A stretch of DNA of 64,000 bases from Octopus vulgaris (GCA_951406725.2 OX597818.1:91140001-91204000), one strand, 5' to 3'. Shown: positions 1 to 15,525, numbered from the stretch's first letter. Notes: generated by a model from the letters alone, not told the origin. Numbers and translations: made by a program.

Positions 1-1499
1 TTTACGTACGTATTAATATCTTTACACATCAGGCCTATAGATGCATTTATCTCCCTGCTTGCTGCTCGCTAATCTTTTCTGAATGTATTTTACGTGTGGA
101 ACACATGTTCTTTTACTTCCTTTTAATCCTCCCCTTTACGTTTTTAATATACCTAACGGATTTTATCATTTTACGTTTTCCCATTCTGTTCTTTCACTCT
201 TCTTGTTTTCTTTCTTGTCTTTTATTTTGCTTTTTTGTCCCCACTATAACACCTACAGAGAAATAACATACATTTTACTTTTATAGAAATATACGCCTCT
301 TCCAATGGAAACTAAATCCCCACTAGTTTCATTTTGCCTTTTAATTTCTAATTACGATTTCCTTCTCTGTGTGTGGAAGATAAGTCAGTTGATATAGTGA
401 TCAAATACCATATGATTTGTAAGTTCAAAAACAAGCAACCGTCCTATGGAGTGTTTGGACAAGGATCTATGTTATTCGCCTTTCATTCACCAAGCTTTGA
501 CGAATAAAGTAACCCCCCGCTGCGACTTCTATTTGCTATTGTTCTCATCATTATTGCTGCTGCTACTGCCGTTTTTGTTGTTTTTGTTGTTGTTATTAAT
601 AACATATCTATATTTTCCCCTAAAATAATAGAATATTCCATTGAAAATTAACAATCAGAGAGGGCTCGTGAAAGGAACAGTTCTGTAAGTACCATTTATG
701 CTTCAACAATCTCTTCTTTTCGTCGATTACATTTATATTATATACTAACATTTACGTCTTCCTTTCATTTTGCATTTACAAATTTATTTTATGCTGACCG
801 GAGGACATTACTGTCTGCTAAATGATAGATGCACACGAACTCAGTAAGGAAATGTTACCAGAACATTCACTCTAATAGAAGCAGCAACCAAATATCTCTA
901 CTTTAATTCATATACCATAGATTAAAAGATAAGCCAATGGCACAGTGGGTAATTTTGTGTTTGATAATGTCATAGTAAAAAAAGAAGCGATTATGAAGAC
1001 ACAGATGAATTTGTTTATAGGTCTGTTCAGGAAACTCTGACCAAAAGTTAAACAAAAAGAATAATAATTCTATCTAACTAAAGGCACAAAGCTAAAATTA
1101 ATGGGAGGAGGCCTTTCGATTACATCAACCATAGTGCTCAACTGGCGCTTACTCTATCAAACCTGAAAGAACGTAAATTAAAGACGACCTCGGCAGAAAT
1201 TAAATTCGGAATAAAAAGACGGAACAAATTGCGCTAAGCACCATTTCTATTTTAAGCACCCTTTTATTTTATTTTATTTTAAACACAAGGCAGGAAATTT
1301 TGGCTCGCTGCTAAAACAATAATAGTGATGATAATGGTTTCAAATTTTGGCACAGGAACAGCAGTTTCGGGGGAGGGAATAATTCGATTAGATCGACCTC
1401 AGTGCTCAAATAGTACTGAGTTTCTTGACTGCGAAAGGATGAAGGTAAAGTCGATCTCGGTGGAATTTGAACTCAGAACGTAAAGACAAATCTCCTTTC

Positions 1500-2205
1500 C
1501 TGTTTGTTGTCTGCATACTGCCACTAACAAACGTTTTCAGAAAGATGTTTGTGGGGTACATGTTAGGCAGGTGAAAATAAAAACCTGTGTTTTGTGGATG
1601 ACCTAAAGCTATCGCTAGTGTTTGACGGAAACTCTGTAGATGATTAGCAAAGATATTGGCAGGTATTTGGGATCGAGAAATGTGATGTAATGATTCTCAA
1701 AAGTGGGGAAATCAGCAAAAGCCATGGGATCAAGCTGGAAAGTGGGGAAACTATAAAGTAGGTCGGAGAGGAAGGATATAAAGACCTGGGTGTCATGGTT
1801 AGGGATAAGATGAATGAACACGAGATGAAAGAAATGTACAGGAGAGAGTATTTGAGGAGAACTCGGCTTTTGATCCAATTGAACCTAATTTGCTGCTATG
1901 TGGGTTGTTGCTTTGATGAGCTATGGGGTAGGAATAGTATCATGAAAGAAGCATTAATTACAAGAGACAAACCCTAGAACACGCAAATTAATGACAATCA
2001 GCAAGGAACTACAACCCAAGAGTGATGTGTCAAGATTGTATGTAAAGAGGAAGGAAGGAGGACAGGGATTAGTGTGTTGTGAAGGTTGTGTAAGGGATGA
2101 GGAGAATAGCCTGGCTTGATATGTCAAGAGGAGTAAAGAAGAAATGAATGAATCAGTGAAAATGCAGGAACCCTTAAAAGTAAACGAAGCCGTAGATCCA
2201 AGAAA
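1500..2205 (+). mobile_element. Degenerate R4/Dong-like non-LTR retrotransposon RT fragment
   Basis: Translates to FVDDLKL, GIEKC, YKDLGV, REYLRRTR and QPKSDVSRLYVKRKEGGQGL (cf. HPKSDVDRLYxxRKEGGRGL); stops and frameshifts present. Confidence 0.75.
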
Positions 2206-2214
2206 ATTTTTTTT

Positions 2215-3357
2215 CCATTTTGTCGACTACTCAGTATAGTAGGGTCAGTTGGGCATGGTCCGTTAGAAAAAAACAGCGCTATGATGCAATTCAGTCTACC
2301 AGAAATTTAGAAACGACATGCTGTACTGTTTGGCATTCACGTTGGAAGCTCCAATAAGAACATTTCAGTGTGTTTGGGTGTCAATCTGAGGACAGTGCAG
2401 AGGATTCGGAAAGAGTTGGATGAGTCTCATTGTGATTACGAAGATACGGCAACTCGGAAAACTTACACTGATCATTCTGGTGAGAAAAGAACTTCTGAAT
2501 TCGTTGGTGAGATCCAGGGTCTGATTGACAATGATTCCTCCAGGTTCAATGCTAGGGACATGAGTGTGCCTGAGTTTCTTATCAGGCAGGTATTTCATGA
2601 AGATATCTGGTATACCTCATACAAGATGAGAAAGAGCCAAGTACTACGAAGCTTTTGAACAAACGCAAGCAGCTCCTCCAACTTTTTTTCTACGACGAGA
2701 AAAAGTTCTGCCAGGATCAAATGAAGAACACACAGATCAACCGTTGACTTGCAGTGTCCAGAAAACATGTACGGATAGTGATAAAAATTAAACATCCAGT
2801 CAACATCATGGTGTTTGGAGTGATCACTAGTGATGGCGACGTTATGCTTCCATTCATCTTCCGATACGGTTTCACACTCAACACGGGGTCCGACATCAAG
2901 TGCCTGGAGGAGGTCAGGAGGAAAACCCTATGACTGGCAACAGGACTCTTCCCCATGCCACACAAGCAGGCGCCTCTCAGACAATTTCTGCGACCACATC
3001 ACTCGTAACAAGTGGCCACCTAACTCCCAAGACTACAACGCACGTGATTATTATGTGTGCAGTGCAGTTGTGCGAGAGACCAACAAACATCCTTGTAACA
3101 CCTAAGATGATCTGAAGGCAAGGGTTTTGGCAGCATTCACCAAATTAAACAATGAGACAGTCCAGAAGAATTGCAGGAGATTCCGAAATCGTCTGTGGAC
3201 CGCGGTTGAAGCCAACGTTGATTTTAATGAATAAATTTACTACTTAGTATTTCATTATATTTTTATCTAATTTTGGTAAACATATCTGTTAAAATGAGAT
3301 GCCGGTGTTATTTTCCTTTTGGCGTAATTTAGACGACAGTTTATTTACCGCACTCAG
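2215..3357 (+). mobile_element. Degenerate Tc1/mariner DNA transposon
   Basis: LGVNLRTVQRIRK (HTH), IMVFGVITSDG, WQQDSSPCHT, WPPNSQDYNARDY; right end matches the end of the copy at 30601. Confidence 0.8.
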
Positions 3358-3389
3358 TATATATGGAAAAATATATGTATGTATGTATG

Positions 3390-3425
<36 letters not shown>

Positions 3426-3468
3426 TGTATGTATGTATGTATGTATGTATGTATGTATGTATACATGC

Positions 3469-3513
<45 letters not shown>

Positions 3514-4752
3514 AATGGATGTACGTTTACATGTGTATATATATATGTATATATATATGTATATGTGTGTGTGTGTGTATGTATATATATAGTGTATGTT
3601 ATCAATTATAGTGTCTATAAACAGGTGAGTAGCTTGGTTATTAAGGTGTTGCACTCAATGTTTTTTTTTCTGTACGGGGCGATATGTTGTCTTCATGAGG
3701 AAAGTATTTTATATCATATTGTTCCAGTTCACTCAGAGGGCAAAAAAAATATCCTGAAACGGACTGGCATCCATATCCATGAGGGAAATATTTCACCTAA
3801 CAAAATCTGGCAAAAAAATCCTTATGAAGCTATAGCTCGTGAATGATTGATTTTTTTACATTATAAACCATAGTGTAGTCTACAGTTGTACTCCTAACGT
3901 AATTCTTAAACAGAATAAATGTGACCCAGTGTATACTGGAGAGTTTGTATGCATTAAATTACTGGTACAATCCACAAGATGGGCTTCTGTACCGTTTCAA
4001 TTAATAATATTTCGCTCGCATTGTCTGGACCCGAGCTATCAAAATAAATTAGAATTTACAAGCTACAACGCAGAGGATTGAACTTTGAACTTCGAACATA
4101 CTGCTCCTACATTTTAACTCATAAAATTAGACAGAAGACTATTCGCTCTGAATTACTCTGTCTGGGTGACATAATAACTGGGTGTCAGCCAACTTCTATT
4201 AACTGGGCAGCAATTAGCTTCACCAATTAAAATGACTGCACCTCGTTGATTAGCCAGTTAGAAATGTAATTGTGGCTAATTAGCAACAAGTCAGGTTTGA
4301 TTTGTGAAGCGCTTTATTGTGAATTTCCAGGCGTGTCCATCCAGAGTCTATCTTTTATACAAAATCAATTTCTGTCTGAGTAAAAAACCTATATAGTCAC
4401 GGATGGAATTTCTTTAGAAAGAGTCTGTTTAGACAGGGCTGATTTAGAGTCAAACAATGAAGACAAGAGTTAAAAGCACGGCAATCATAGCAGGATTAAC
4501 AACAAAAGCAACAATATATATTCACGCAGCCAGCAAATTCCCAGCTACCGAGTCCGTGTCACCTATTTAGAGGTTTCCCAGTTACTGCTACACAAAATTT
4601 CCCGTTTAAGATACACTTAGATGTAGATATATTCCACTTAGAAACCGTAGCATATATTTAGACGAAAGCACAAATATGTAATTCAATTGTATCATATTTA
4701 GTCACCTGGCAATAATGCACGTCACTACGTATCGCTGCATGTACATGTATGT

Positions 4753-4827
<75 letters not shown>

Positions 4828-5020
4828 ATGTATAGGGAGAATTCACAAAAAAAAAACAAAAGACGAAGACAGGTGGTGTTGACAGCAAACAGATGTATTA
4901 GTATAACACTCGGGAAGTGAAAAAGTCTTTAACGTTTCGAGCGTACGCTCTTCCACAGAAAGGAACACAGAAAGAATCACGGAGGGAAAATGAAGAGAGA
5001 AAATAAAGAATGTGTAGTGG

Positions 5021-5065
<45 letters not shown>

Positions 5066-5777
5066 CCACCATTAAAAACAGCAAATAGATATGAATGTGT
5101 CTATGTGGTTGATCGAGCTACTAGAAATATAAACTGAATTTCCTACAAACAGCAACATATACATTTGAATAAAAATGTATTATGTATAGTGGTGAAGGAC
5201 CTTGAACGTGATCTCAGAACCCGCTGGGATTAACAACGCTAGAAGTAAATACTATAACACACGCCACACACACCGTACTGCATAAACTTATATTCATAAA
5301 TACGTACATACCCACATACATAAACACATACATACATACTACGTACGTACGTAAGTACAAACGTACATGCATACATGCATAAATACATACATACATACAT
5401 ACATACATACATACATACATACATACATACATACATTCATATATTCATACATTCATACATACATAGATACATGTCTAACTGTCAGTCAGGATAAGCTTAA
5501 ATTTTTTATAAAAGAAAGCAACTTCCTCGCAGATTACAAATAAAATTTGCAAGCGGATCAGTAAAACTATGCAAGACTTTCCTCGGTTTAAAATGTGATA
5601 ATGTTTTCGTTAGCTACATTCTAATGGTAGTGATTTGTATCTTTGTTAGAAACCATGTTTTTTTTTTTTATTTTAGCGGAAGAATTTAAATGAAAACAGA
5701 AGAGAAATATACATACAAACATACATACATACATGCATGCATTCGTACGTACGTATATACATACATACTCTTTTTTT

Positions 5778-6152
5778 ACTCTTTTACTTATTTCAGTCAT
5801 GTGACTGTGACCATGCTGGAGCACCGCATTTAGTCAAGCAGGTCGACCTCAGGACTTATTCTGTGTAAACCTAATACTTATTCTATCGATGTCTAAGTTA
5901 CGGGGACGTAAACCCACCAGCATCGGTTGTCAAGCGATGTTGTGGGGACAAACACAGACACACAAACATATACACACGCATATATACATATATACGACGG
6001 GCTTCTTTCAGTTTCCGTCTACCAAATCCACTCACAAGGCTTTGGTCAGTCCGAGACTATAGTAGAAGACACTTGCGCAAGGTGCCACCCAGTGGGACTG
6101 AACCCGGAACTATGTGATTCGTAAGCAGGCTACTTACCAGACAGCCACTCCT
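5778..6152 (-). mobile_element. tRNA-derived SINE family A (octopus OR/OK-type; exact family unverified). Other copies: ~10131-10475(-), 20344-20755(+), 29000-29232(+), 35822-36142(-), 41180-41390(+), 49530-50175(+, interrupted), 53691-54060(+), 59905-60075(-)
   Basis: Shared tggctgtgtggtaag..ggttcagtccc head, gtagacggaaactgaaagaagcc core and ccagcatggccgcagt..gactgaaac tail. Confidence 0.85.
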
Positions 6153-8189
6153 AGGAATACTAGGTGCTTTGAAGAAAGAAAAACCTGATGCCACCTCCTA
6201 ATAAAATCTATTAGTGCACAGTGGCGATTTATATGACATTCCAAAGATTCTTCAACTGAGGCAAAATGGAAGATTAGCTGCACCCACTTGGGTATATGCT
6301 TTGGCAGTTCAACCAACACACTATATCAAACACATATATACAATATCCGCGAACTCCATTCACTCGGAATGTCTTGTTGCTTTGTTAGCTTGAACTTTCT
6401 AAAGGAGAATTTAAATAAAATTGAAAGAGAAAAAAGTCATACTTACATATATACATATGTGATGGCTCCTACTCGGTTTCCAGAAATGCCATTGCTTGAT
6501 TGTTATCTTAAAGTAGTACTGATATGGCCTTTCAATCCTGCTAGAGACATACATAATTTGGCGCATATGTGGTTTGGATGGGGACTTCTAACAGAAGATA
6601 TGTGAGTTACAGCTCATGTTTACACACGCCTTAATACTGGCATATAATTAGTTACTGTTAGAAGAATTCTACTGTGAGGAAAGACCTTGTAGAAGGTCAA
6701 TTATATTCTGGAAATAACATATTCCTTTGCCCAAAAAAAGTTTACGTCGTTGGATGTAAACGAGGTCGCAATTGTTACATTAGGAGTTTCCTTCTCCTAG
6801 CAAGATGTCTAAACAAAAACAAAGTCACGCTCTCTCTCTCTCTCTATCTCTCACTCCTCCTCTCTCCCTCACCTCTCATTCTTTTTCCAGCTGCTAGATT
6901 GTCGCTAACTCTACTGAGTTCATCCGCTCTTTGAACCTCATTACTGAGCCGGTTCCGTATTGTTATTCGTTTAGTGAGCAATAGCCCAACCATGCAGCAT
7001 ATTGTACCAAGTCAAGTGCATGCATACACAAACATGAGCACGCTCACGTGCATACATACAAACATACATACATACATACATACATACATACATAGTTATG
7101 CATACGTACTTACATGCATACATCGGTGCACATGCACACACATATAAATATATATATATATACATAGATGTATGAATAGGCATGCATACATCTGGGCGAA
7201 AAGAGAAACATCTACGGAGAACTAACGAGGCACGCACAGATCTTGTGTCTGCATCATTGATTTTAATTTTTAGCTATCAGCATAATTTTCACAGGGAAGA
7301 CATTCATTATAGACTAGAACAACTTGGAGTTCTCCAAAACACAAATGCAGTTTTAGAAAAGTAAGAAAAGGAGTAATCTAATTCGCCTTATCCACTTATA
7401 GTCTATTAGAAGTACAGTGAAGACTCACAGAATATTCAAGGGATACTCTGATATTAGAAGGTTGAACAGATATGCACAAGCATACACATAAACCATAATA
7501 TTCTACACACACACACACGATTGTGCACTTAAGTTACATGTACACCCACTGAAGGAATGTAAATTGATTTCACATACACTCACGTAAGCACACCCCCGCC
7601 AGACAATACACATAACCACCAACCATGAGAGCTGTTTTAAATAAAAGAAGTTTACTATATTTTTAGAGACTAGTAAGAAAAACATCTGCACTGATGGGGA
7701 GGGAGACGGGGAGAGAGATAGGGAGAGAGAAAGAGGGAGAGAAAGGGGGTGAGAGAGCAGTGGTACTAAGGCAACAGTGTTTACTGGAAATATCAGTCGA
7801 TACATTTACGACGCTATAGTAAATCTTCAGTGTGTATATACTGGCAAAGACGTGGAGGGCAGCGAACATAAACATTTTCGTCTTACCTCTAGGAAGAATA
7901 TTAGAGAAATGGACAACACAGAATCGGATAATCTAGGAACAAGGATACGGACTCTTCAAATACGTTTGTTCTCGTAAATTTGATTAGTCTTCTTCAACCA
8001 GATTTACCTGGACAATATTTCAAATGTTGCTACATCAATGCCAATATACTCGCCTGGACGCCTAGCCGTTAACAGACCGAAAACAGTGAAAAAATTTTTC
8101 GATGAAAAATAAAATATTGCAATACAAATTTATTACTAAATTACGTTGCTATCTCCTAATAGGTGAGGAGGTTGTAATGTATGTTATGT

Positions 8190-9400
8190 GGGGAGTATTC
8201 TAACACAAGCCCAAGTACACTCGTCAACAACATCGAGGCCGAAAGTAAGGAAACATGGGGAAGAACTACCTGTGGTATATGCGTTAACCCAACTGAGGGA
8301 TCGGAGTTCTCCTTCAAATAGGGTCAAAGTTTTACAGTGAAAAACAACTTCACATATGCTTTGGAAAACCTGATATATGTGTTGACTTGCTCAGGTTGTC
8401 GAGAGCAATACGCCAGAGGATGAGCTAGATCAAAATACGAGAATACAGAAAAATAGCAATAAGTGAACTCATCAACATTTCCGCCACTAATGAACAACCC
8501 AACTTTAGAACTTTTCCCCTCTATGAATTGAGGGACAATGAAAACTATAATCAGCGCTTTAGAAAAGAATCATATTTTATCGCAAAATATAAACCCCTTT
8601 TGAATGCTTCCACCACAGATGACACTACTACAAGGATCTTAGGATAATACCGACGCAAATATTAAAAACAATAGATATATTAGGAACGATCGCTACCAAT
8701 GAATTTATTTAGAACAGTCCCTAACACTACAACCTCAACAGGTCACTCTTAGGACTACTGACCCTTAAAGTAGATTCCACGGACAGCCTCTACTACTGGT
8801 CATACCACTCTTTCTTTTTTCTTCTTCTTCGTTTACAACTCTTCCTCTTCCTCTTTTTCTTCTTCTTCTTCTTCTTCTTCTTCTTCTTCTCCTCCTTCTC
8901 CTTTTCCTCCCCCTCATCCTCCTCCGCCTTCTTCTTCTTCTTCTTCTTCTTCATCTGCTTCTTCTTCATCTGCTTCTTCTTCTTCTTCTTCTTCTTCTTC
9001 TTCTTCTTCTTCTTCTTCTTCTTCTTCTTCTTCATCTGCTTCTTCTCCTTCGCCTTCTCCTTCGGTTGCTTTCGCTTAAACTATCAAACTTCAGAAACAA
9101 ATATTTCTCTGACCCCCATAACTACTATTTTTTCAGATCTGCTACTACCTACCGATCCTTCACAACGAAAAAGAGAGAGAGACAGAAAAAAGCAAAATAT
9201 CTTACTTATTTGAAGATTATGGGTATATTTACAAAACATCTAATTTAATTTTTTTCTTCAATTTAATTGCTTTTCTTCTTAATAAATATCCAGCTTTGTT
9301 TTTCCTCTTAGTTGAAAAAGTCGAAAAGTATGAAACCGGTACTAACTGTTACAAAATGTATTTCATAATAAAACTTTAGCGTTTTCTATCTTGTCTCATT
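8190..9400 (+). mobile_element. Penelope-like element 3' fragment (Zn-linker, GIY-YIG, decayed 3' end) with an internal (CTT)n tract
   Basis: GRTTCGIC, NNFTYALENLIYVLTCSGCREQY, RFRKESYFIAKYKPLLN; decayed HHR-like GAAACCGGTActaa near 9332. Confidence 0.7.
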
Positions 9401-10006
9401 TTCCTTTTTTTCTCTCCCTTTCCCTTGCTCCTCCTCCTCCCTCCCGTCGTTGATCCGCGACGAGAGCTCTGCTACTGTCTTTCTGACCTGGCTTCCTTTA
9501 AGTGTGGATGGCTTTCCTTCTCTCTCTTGCCGTCCTCAAAAGCGTTCATAATATTTTTTCCTTTCGTTCTGACTTAACAGCTCTCAATGTTTGTGTTACT
9601 GTTATTCTCCTTCTCCTGTCTTTTACTGTTTATATTTTGTACTGTCTTTACTGTCCTATTTTTGTTACCATTTTTACCCCTCCACAAACAAATCTGCTTT
9701 TTGCGGGAAGGAATGTTTCAACGGAGTCGTGTCTCGACTTGACCTTCGAAACGCGGAGTAGATGAAACAGAGGCGACTGAAGAAGGGGAATTTTCCTTGT
9801 GTTGTATGTCCTGTACTCTATTTTGTTGTTGTTTAATAAAAATGTCCATTTCCTTGGTTTTGTGTTTATGTTTTCGTTTCTCATTGTGATCGACGTTTTC
9901 TTTTGGTGTCCTGTACTCATATATGCATGTATATATATATGTAGATGTAGGTACGTACATATATGTATATATATATATGCATGTGCTTTATTTTTTAATT
10001 TGTTAT

Positions 10007-10037
<31 letters not shown>

Positions 10038-10078
10038 GTGTATATATATGTATATATGAGTATATATATATGTATATA

Positions 10079-10121
<43 letters not shown>

Positions 10122-10280
10122 TTCTCCTTTTCTCTTTTACTTGTTTCAGTCATTTAACTGAGGCCATGCTGGAGCACAGTCAAGCAAATCGACCCCAGGA
10201 CTTATTCTATCGGTTTCTTTTTCCCACCATCGGTTGTCAAGCGATGTTGGGGGGAACAAAAGCAGACACACATACATATA

Positions 10281-10354
<74 letters not shown>

Positions 10355-11092
10355 ATATATACGACAAGCTTCTTCCAGTTTCCATCTACCAAATCCACTC
10401 ACAAGGCTTTCGTCTGCCCGAGGCTATGGTATAAGACTCTTGTCCAAGGTGCCACGCAGTGGAACTGGACCTGGAACCTTCGTAACCTGGTAGCTTACCG
10501 TTAAAGGACAGTCACTTTCAGAGTAATCGTTAGGTAAATAACAAATGAAAGACAGAAGATGGAACGTGCGAGAGTGTATTATTTACCATAGCAGTTGTTT
10601 CGACACATCTGTCATCGGCTCCTGTTGTGAGACACGCAGGGGCTGGTTCGGGAGTTTCCGGTGGTGCACACGTGTCTCGTCGGGTCACAAATAAATAAAA
10701 AATCTCACTAAAATCACTGTTCCATAATGCAACTTTCCGTTTTATAGAGAGAAAATAAGAGCCAGACGGATGAAAATTCTTCATATATATAGAAGATCCA
10801 AAAATAAAATTGCAGAAGACAAGAAGAGAAACGAACAGTTAATCCAGCTGGAAATATATATATATATATTGTATAAAAAGTCGTGGGTAAGGCCAAAACA
10901 ATGCGAGGTAAATGCAAATTAATGTAGACTTACCTTGTTTCAATAATGCAGTGTTATAACACCATTTTCAAGAAATTAACGAACGTTGCTGATGTTTTCT
11001 TGTGATTTAACTTCCATTTACTTGGCATTGATTTGACCTTACACACAATATTTTACCGAATATCTTCTACATAATGCTTCTTACTAATTATT

Positions 11093-11138
<46 letters not shown>

Positions 11139-13039
11139 GTTATATATATATACGTTATATATATATGTATATATATATATATACACATTATATATATATG
11201 TATTATATATATATGTATGTATATATATGCACGTACATATATATATGCATACATAATACACACGCATGTATATATGTGTGTGTATGTGTGTTTGCATTTA
11301 TAAGTGCAAACATGTATTTATATGCATTTATGTATACGTATTAGGGGTACTTTTTTCATATTGACACATTTTCACATCGACAATCTTCTTTTGTTCACAC
11401 ATACACTGCCAGACACTTTTTAACAATTATTCAATGTATTGTGCGCCGCACCTTTTGACAGAGAGCATGAAAATGTATAACAAGTCATCAAATCAGATAG
11501 ATGCCAAAAGGATTTGAATGAATTCATAATTGGCTCCTGGATATGCAGAAAGATGAGACAAATTTGAATAAATGAACTGCAATTAAAATCGCATCAGATA
11601 TTTAAGACGTAATTGAATTTTTTTATTATTATTGCACTCTTATTATTTTTAACGAATAGTTGTGCACAGCTGGCCAGATATTCTACAGCATTCGTGAGAG
11701 TTCACTCATAATAGGTACATCTCTACATAACAGTTATTCAAGACATCAAGCCCCGAGGAAGCATATTTCGAATAACACTGAAATCCTGCCTTATCTGTAG
11801 AAAAACAAGACCGAATTTTAAGTTGCCAGTATCATACAGCCATATGGAAAATATTGATTCTGCAACTTTCAGTGACTTATCAAATGCGATTCTATATTAT
11901 ATATTATAAATACAATATCTAATATCGTCATGTTGTAATATTTGTTTATTAAGATAGATATAATATTTATATAAGCATACGGAGATATTGTGGTATCGGA
12001 GAAAAAGTTAATACAACAGGACATGGTGACAATGAATTAAAAGTGATATTGTTATATTAAGGATATTGGTATATTGATATATTGTAATACCAGGAGACCA
12101 TCGCTGTTGTAGCTATTTTAATAATATGACAAGCTTTCCAGATAGAAAACTTTCAGGTTGTCTCTGCAGAGACAGAAATCAATATATAAATGTGACTCAA
12201 AGGAAATTTGGATTTTTCTCAATTTCGAATAAAACCTAATTGTCTCCTCGCTGTGTGACGTTTCTATTCGTTATGCTATCTTACACATGTACAGGTGTAT
12301 AAACTTTAGCCCAAACTCTCCGAACAAATACATCAATTTATCAACGTAAATATGAGAGATACTGAAATCCACTTCCTTTGTAAACCTCGCGTTACCTATC
12401 ACCACTACAGACAAGACACATTACATATGCGCACACACAGACGCACATGCACACACGCAAACAAATATAGGTCCAATATTGATTTAAAATTTTGGCACAA
12501 GGCCAGCTATTTTCGGGAATGGTCTGATTACATCAGCCTTGGTATTCAACTGATACTTATTTTATCGACTCCGAAAGGATGAAAGGCAAAGTTTAACCTC
12601 GGCGAGTTAGCGAATCTGCCTGCACGTCGCCTTATGTATGTGTGTGTGTATGTATGTATGTATGTATGTATGTATGTATGTATGTATGTATGTATGTATG
12701 TATGTATGTATGTATGTATGTATGTATGCATGTATGTATGTATATATATATATATATTTATAATTTATATATATATATATATATATATATTTATAATTTA
12801 GAATTTATATATATATATATTGTATTAAATTAGAGATAAAACCACTATTAGGCAAATCATACAATGAAAAACATACACATTATAGAATCTTCTTTCAAAT
12901 TTTGCTTTTGTTTTTCACACATTAAATTCCGTAGGTTGAATTATGTAAAATGATAGAAAAACAAATCTATTTCTTGCAATAAATAACATTATATACAACT
13001 AAAGCAACATTTTTCCAGTGGCCTTAAAATACTCTTGCT

Positions 13040-13920
13040 AGTAATTTGGACCTTGCGTGTATTTTGGATTTCCTCTTACGAGAATGGCTCCCTCCTTTGC
13101 TAACCTAGTTATGGGGTACCTAGAATTTACTCTTTATTGTAAGGTACTAAAAACATACAGAAATCCATTCTCCCTTTACATAGAAAATAAATGGAAGAGA
13201 TATCTAGATGACTGCTTCATTCTTTGACATGAAAGTATATAGCAACTTAAAACATTTCAATCATTTCTAAATGGATTTGACACATACATTCAATTGCGAC
13301 GAACTATAGCCATCAATAACTTCCATTCCTCGACATTCTCATTAAGAAATCCAACAGCAAAATAGAAACAGACATATACTATAAGCCCACGAACTCCAAG
13401 CAATATCTACCGTTCAACTCATGCCACACTAGATAGATCAGAATGAATATTCCTTTCAATCTGGCTAAAAGGATTTGCACTGTAGTATCTGATACATGCA
13501 CTAGGGGACACACGACTACATGAGCTAAAGGATACACTCATCATCAGGAATTACACACACTCACTAATTGATATAGGTTTTCAATGTGCTCAACAACTCA
13601 ACATCCACGAACTCAGACATCGCAAGCTAAAGAATGAATTACAACCAAAAGCCTTACCATATATATCCACACAAAACCACCTAAACAATGAGGCCTTCGA
13701 CATCATCCTCAGCACATTCCTTTACTAAAAAGGGACCACAGAAGAAATCAAATCCTCCAAACACACATCATCATAAAAAGCGAAAGACAACCCAAATCAG
13801 TGAAGAGTATTCTAACACAAGCCCACGTACACTCGTCAACAATATCGAGGCCGAAGGTAAAAAAGAAATGCGGAAGAACTACCTGTGGTATATGCTTCAA
13901 ATAGAGTCAAACTTTACATC
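13040..13920 (+). mobile_element. Penelope/Poseidon-type RT fragment
   Basis: APSFANLVMGYLE, KWKRYLDDCFI, LPFLDILIK, ETDIYYKPTNSKQYLPFNSCH, NIPFNLAKRICTVVS; 13805-13895 is homologous to 8193-8283. Confidence 0.85.
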
Positions 13921-15169
13921 CTCAGAACATTCATTTGTTATTTTGTTGCGTGGACCCCACAAAATCTATGTATGGACTCCCAGGAGCCATATGAACACCC
14001 GTTGAGAATCACTGGACTAAAGCTTTTAAACTCGTGCCCCAACATGGCCGCAGTCCGATGACTAAAACCAGTTACAGATAAGTACACAATCTCTGATCAA
14101 ATCACTAATCAAGTACATAAGAAACATGTTATAATGTAATGCAAAGAAGAATGTTGATCAGTTTCTTTACTGTGCTGGAACCCAGCAGTGCACCGAAAGG
14201 GCTTGAACTACGCACTCCTCGTTCGAAAGCTGGCTGATTTAACAAATGCACAACAAAATACTAATAATTCGTTCTTCTCCAAAAACTTTTGTACCCGAGA
14301 ATGCCATTTATTCCTATATATGTTCATAGTTTATTATCAAAATTCTTTACATTAATAACTAGTTTATGGAAGTTATACATGTGTGTTTGTGCATCTGTAT
14401 AAGAGCAATAGTGAAGTGATACACATTATCACTCTCTCTCCCTCCGTCCCTCCATCCCTCCCTCCTCTTCCTCGCTCCCCCTTTTTCCCTTTCTCTTTCT
14501 CTCCCTCCACTCTCCCTCCATTGCACCTTCTCCCTCTCCTTCCCTCCATCTCTCCTTCCGCTTCTCTCTATTTATTTTTCTATCTTTCTATATGTGTATG
14601 TGTGTATATGTGCGTGTGTATGTGTGTGTACGTGTGTGTATGTGTATGTATGTGCATTTTTGTGTTTGTGTGTGTGTGTTATGCGTGTGTATGCATGTAT
14701 ATGTATGCATATGTATGTATATTGTATATATGTATATGTCTGTATGTATGTGTGCATATATATATATATATATATAATATATTTATATATATATATGTAT
14801 TTGTATGCATACTTAAGTACATATATATATATATATATTATATATGTATATATATATGTATATACATATATGTATATATACATAGATATATGTGTGCACG
14901 TGACCGTGTGCACACACGCGTATGTGTGTGTGAATGTGTGTGCGTGCGTGCGTGTATATGTGTGTCACAATTCAGCAATCAAAGAAAAATACTTGTCTAA
15001 TTTAAATAGAAATTTCGTAAGCATAATTTGCCCAATATATTGAATATTCTGTTAAAAACTTGCATATGTTGGAAATCAAGCATAAATATACAGCAATATA
15101 TTTTAAAGATGAAACTTCACAAATTCGTTATATGAGCGTATGCAATCTAGAAGGCATTTCCAATAGGGA

Positions 15170-15230
15170 TTCTTCTTCTTCTTCCTTCTTCTTCTTCTTC
15201 TTCTTCTTCTTCTTCTTCTTCTTCTTCTTC

Positions 15231-15285
<55 letters not shown>

Positions 15286-15356
15286 TTCTTCTTCTTCTTC
15301 TTCTTCTTCTTTTTCTTCTTCTTTTTCTTCTTCTTCTTCTTTCTTCTTCTTTTCTT

Positions 15357-15418
<62 letters not shown>

Positions 15419-15488
15419 CAGTAGTAGTAGTAGTGGTGGTGGTGGTAGTAGTGGTATTATATTATTATTATTATCATTATTATTATTA

Positions 15489-15525
<37 letters not shown>

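Noticed and set aside
8793-9035. Poly-Lys/Glu ORF (also 15060-15577 and 54893-55260)
   Set aside because: Triplet or purine-rich low-complexity repeats
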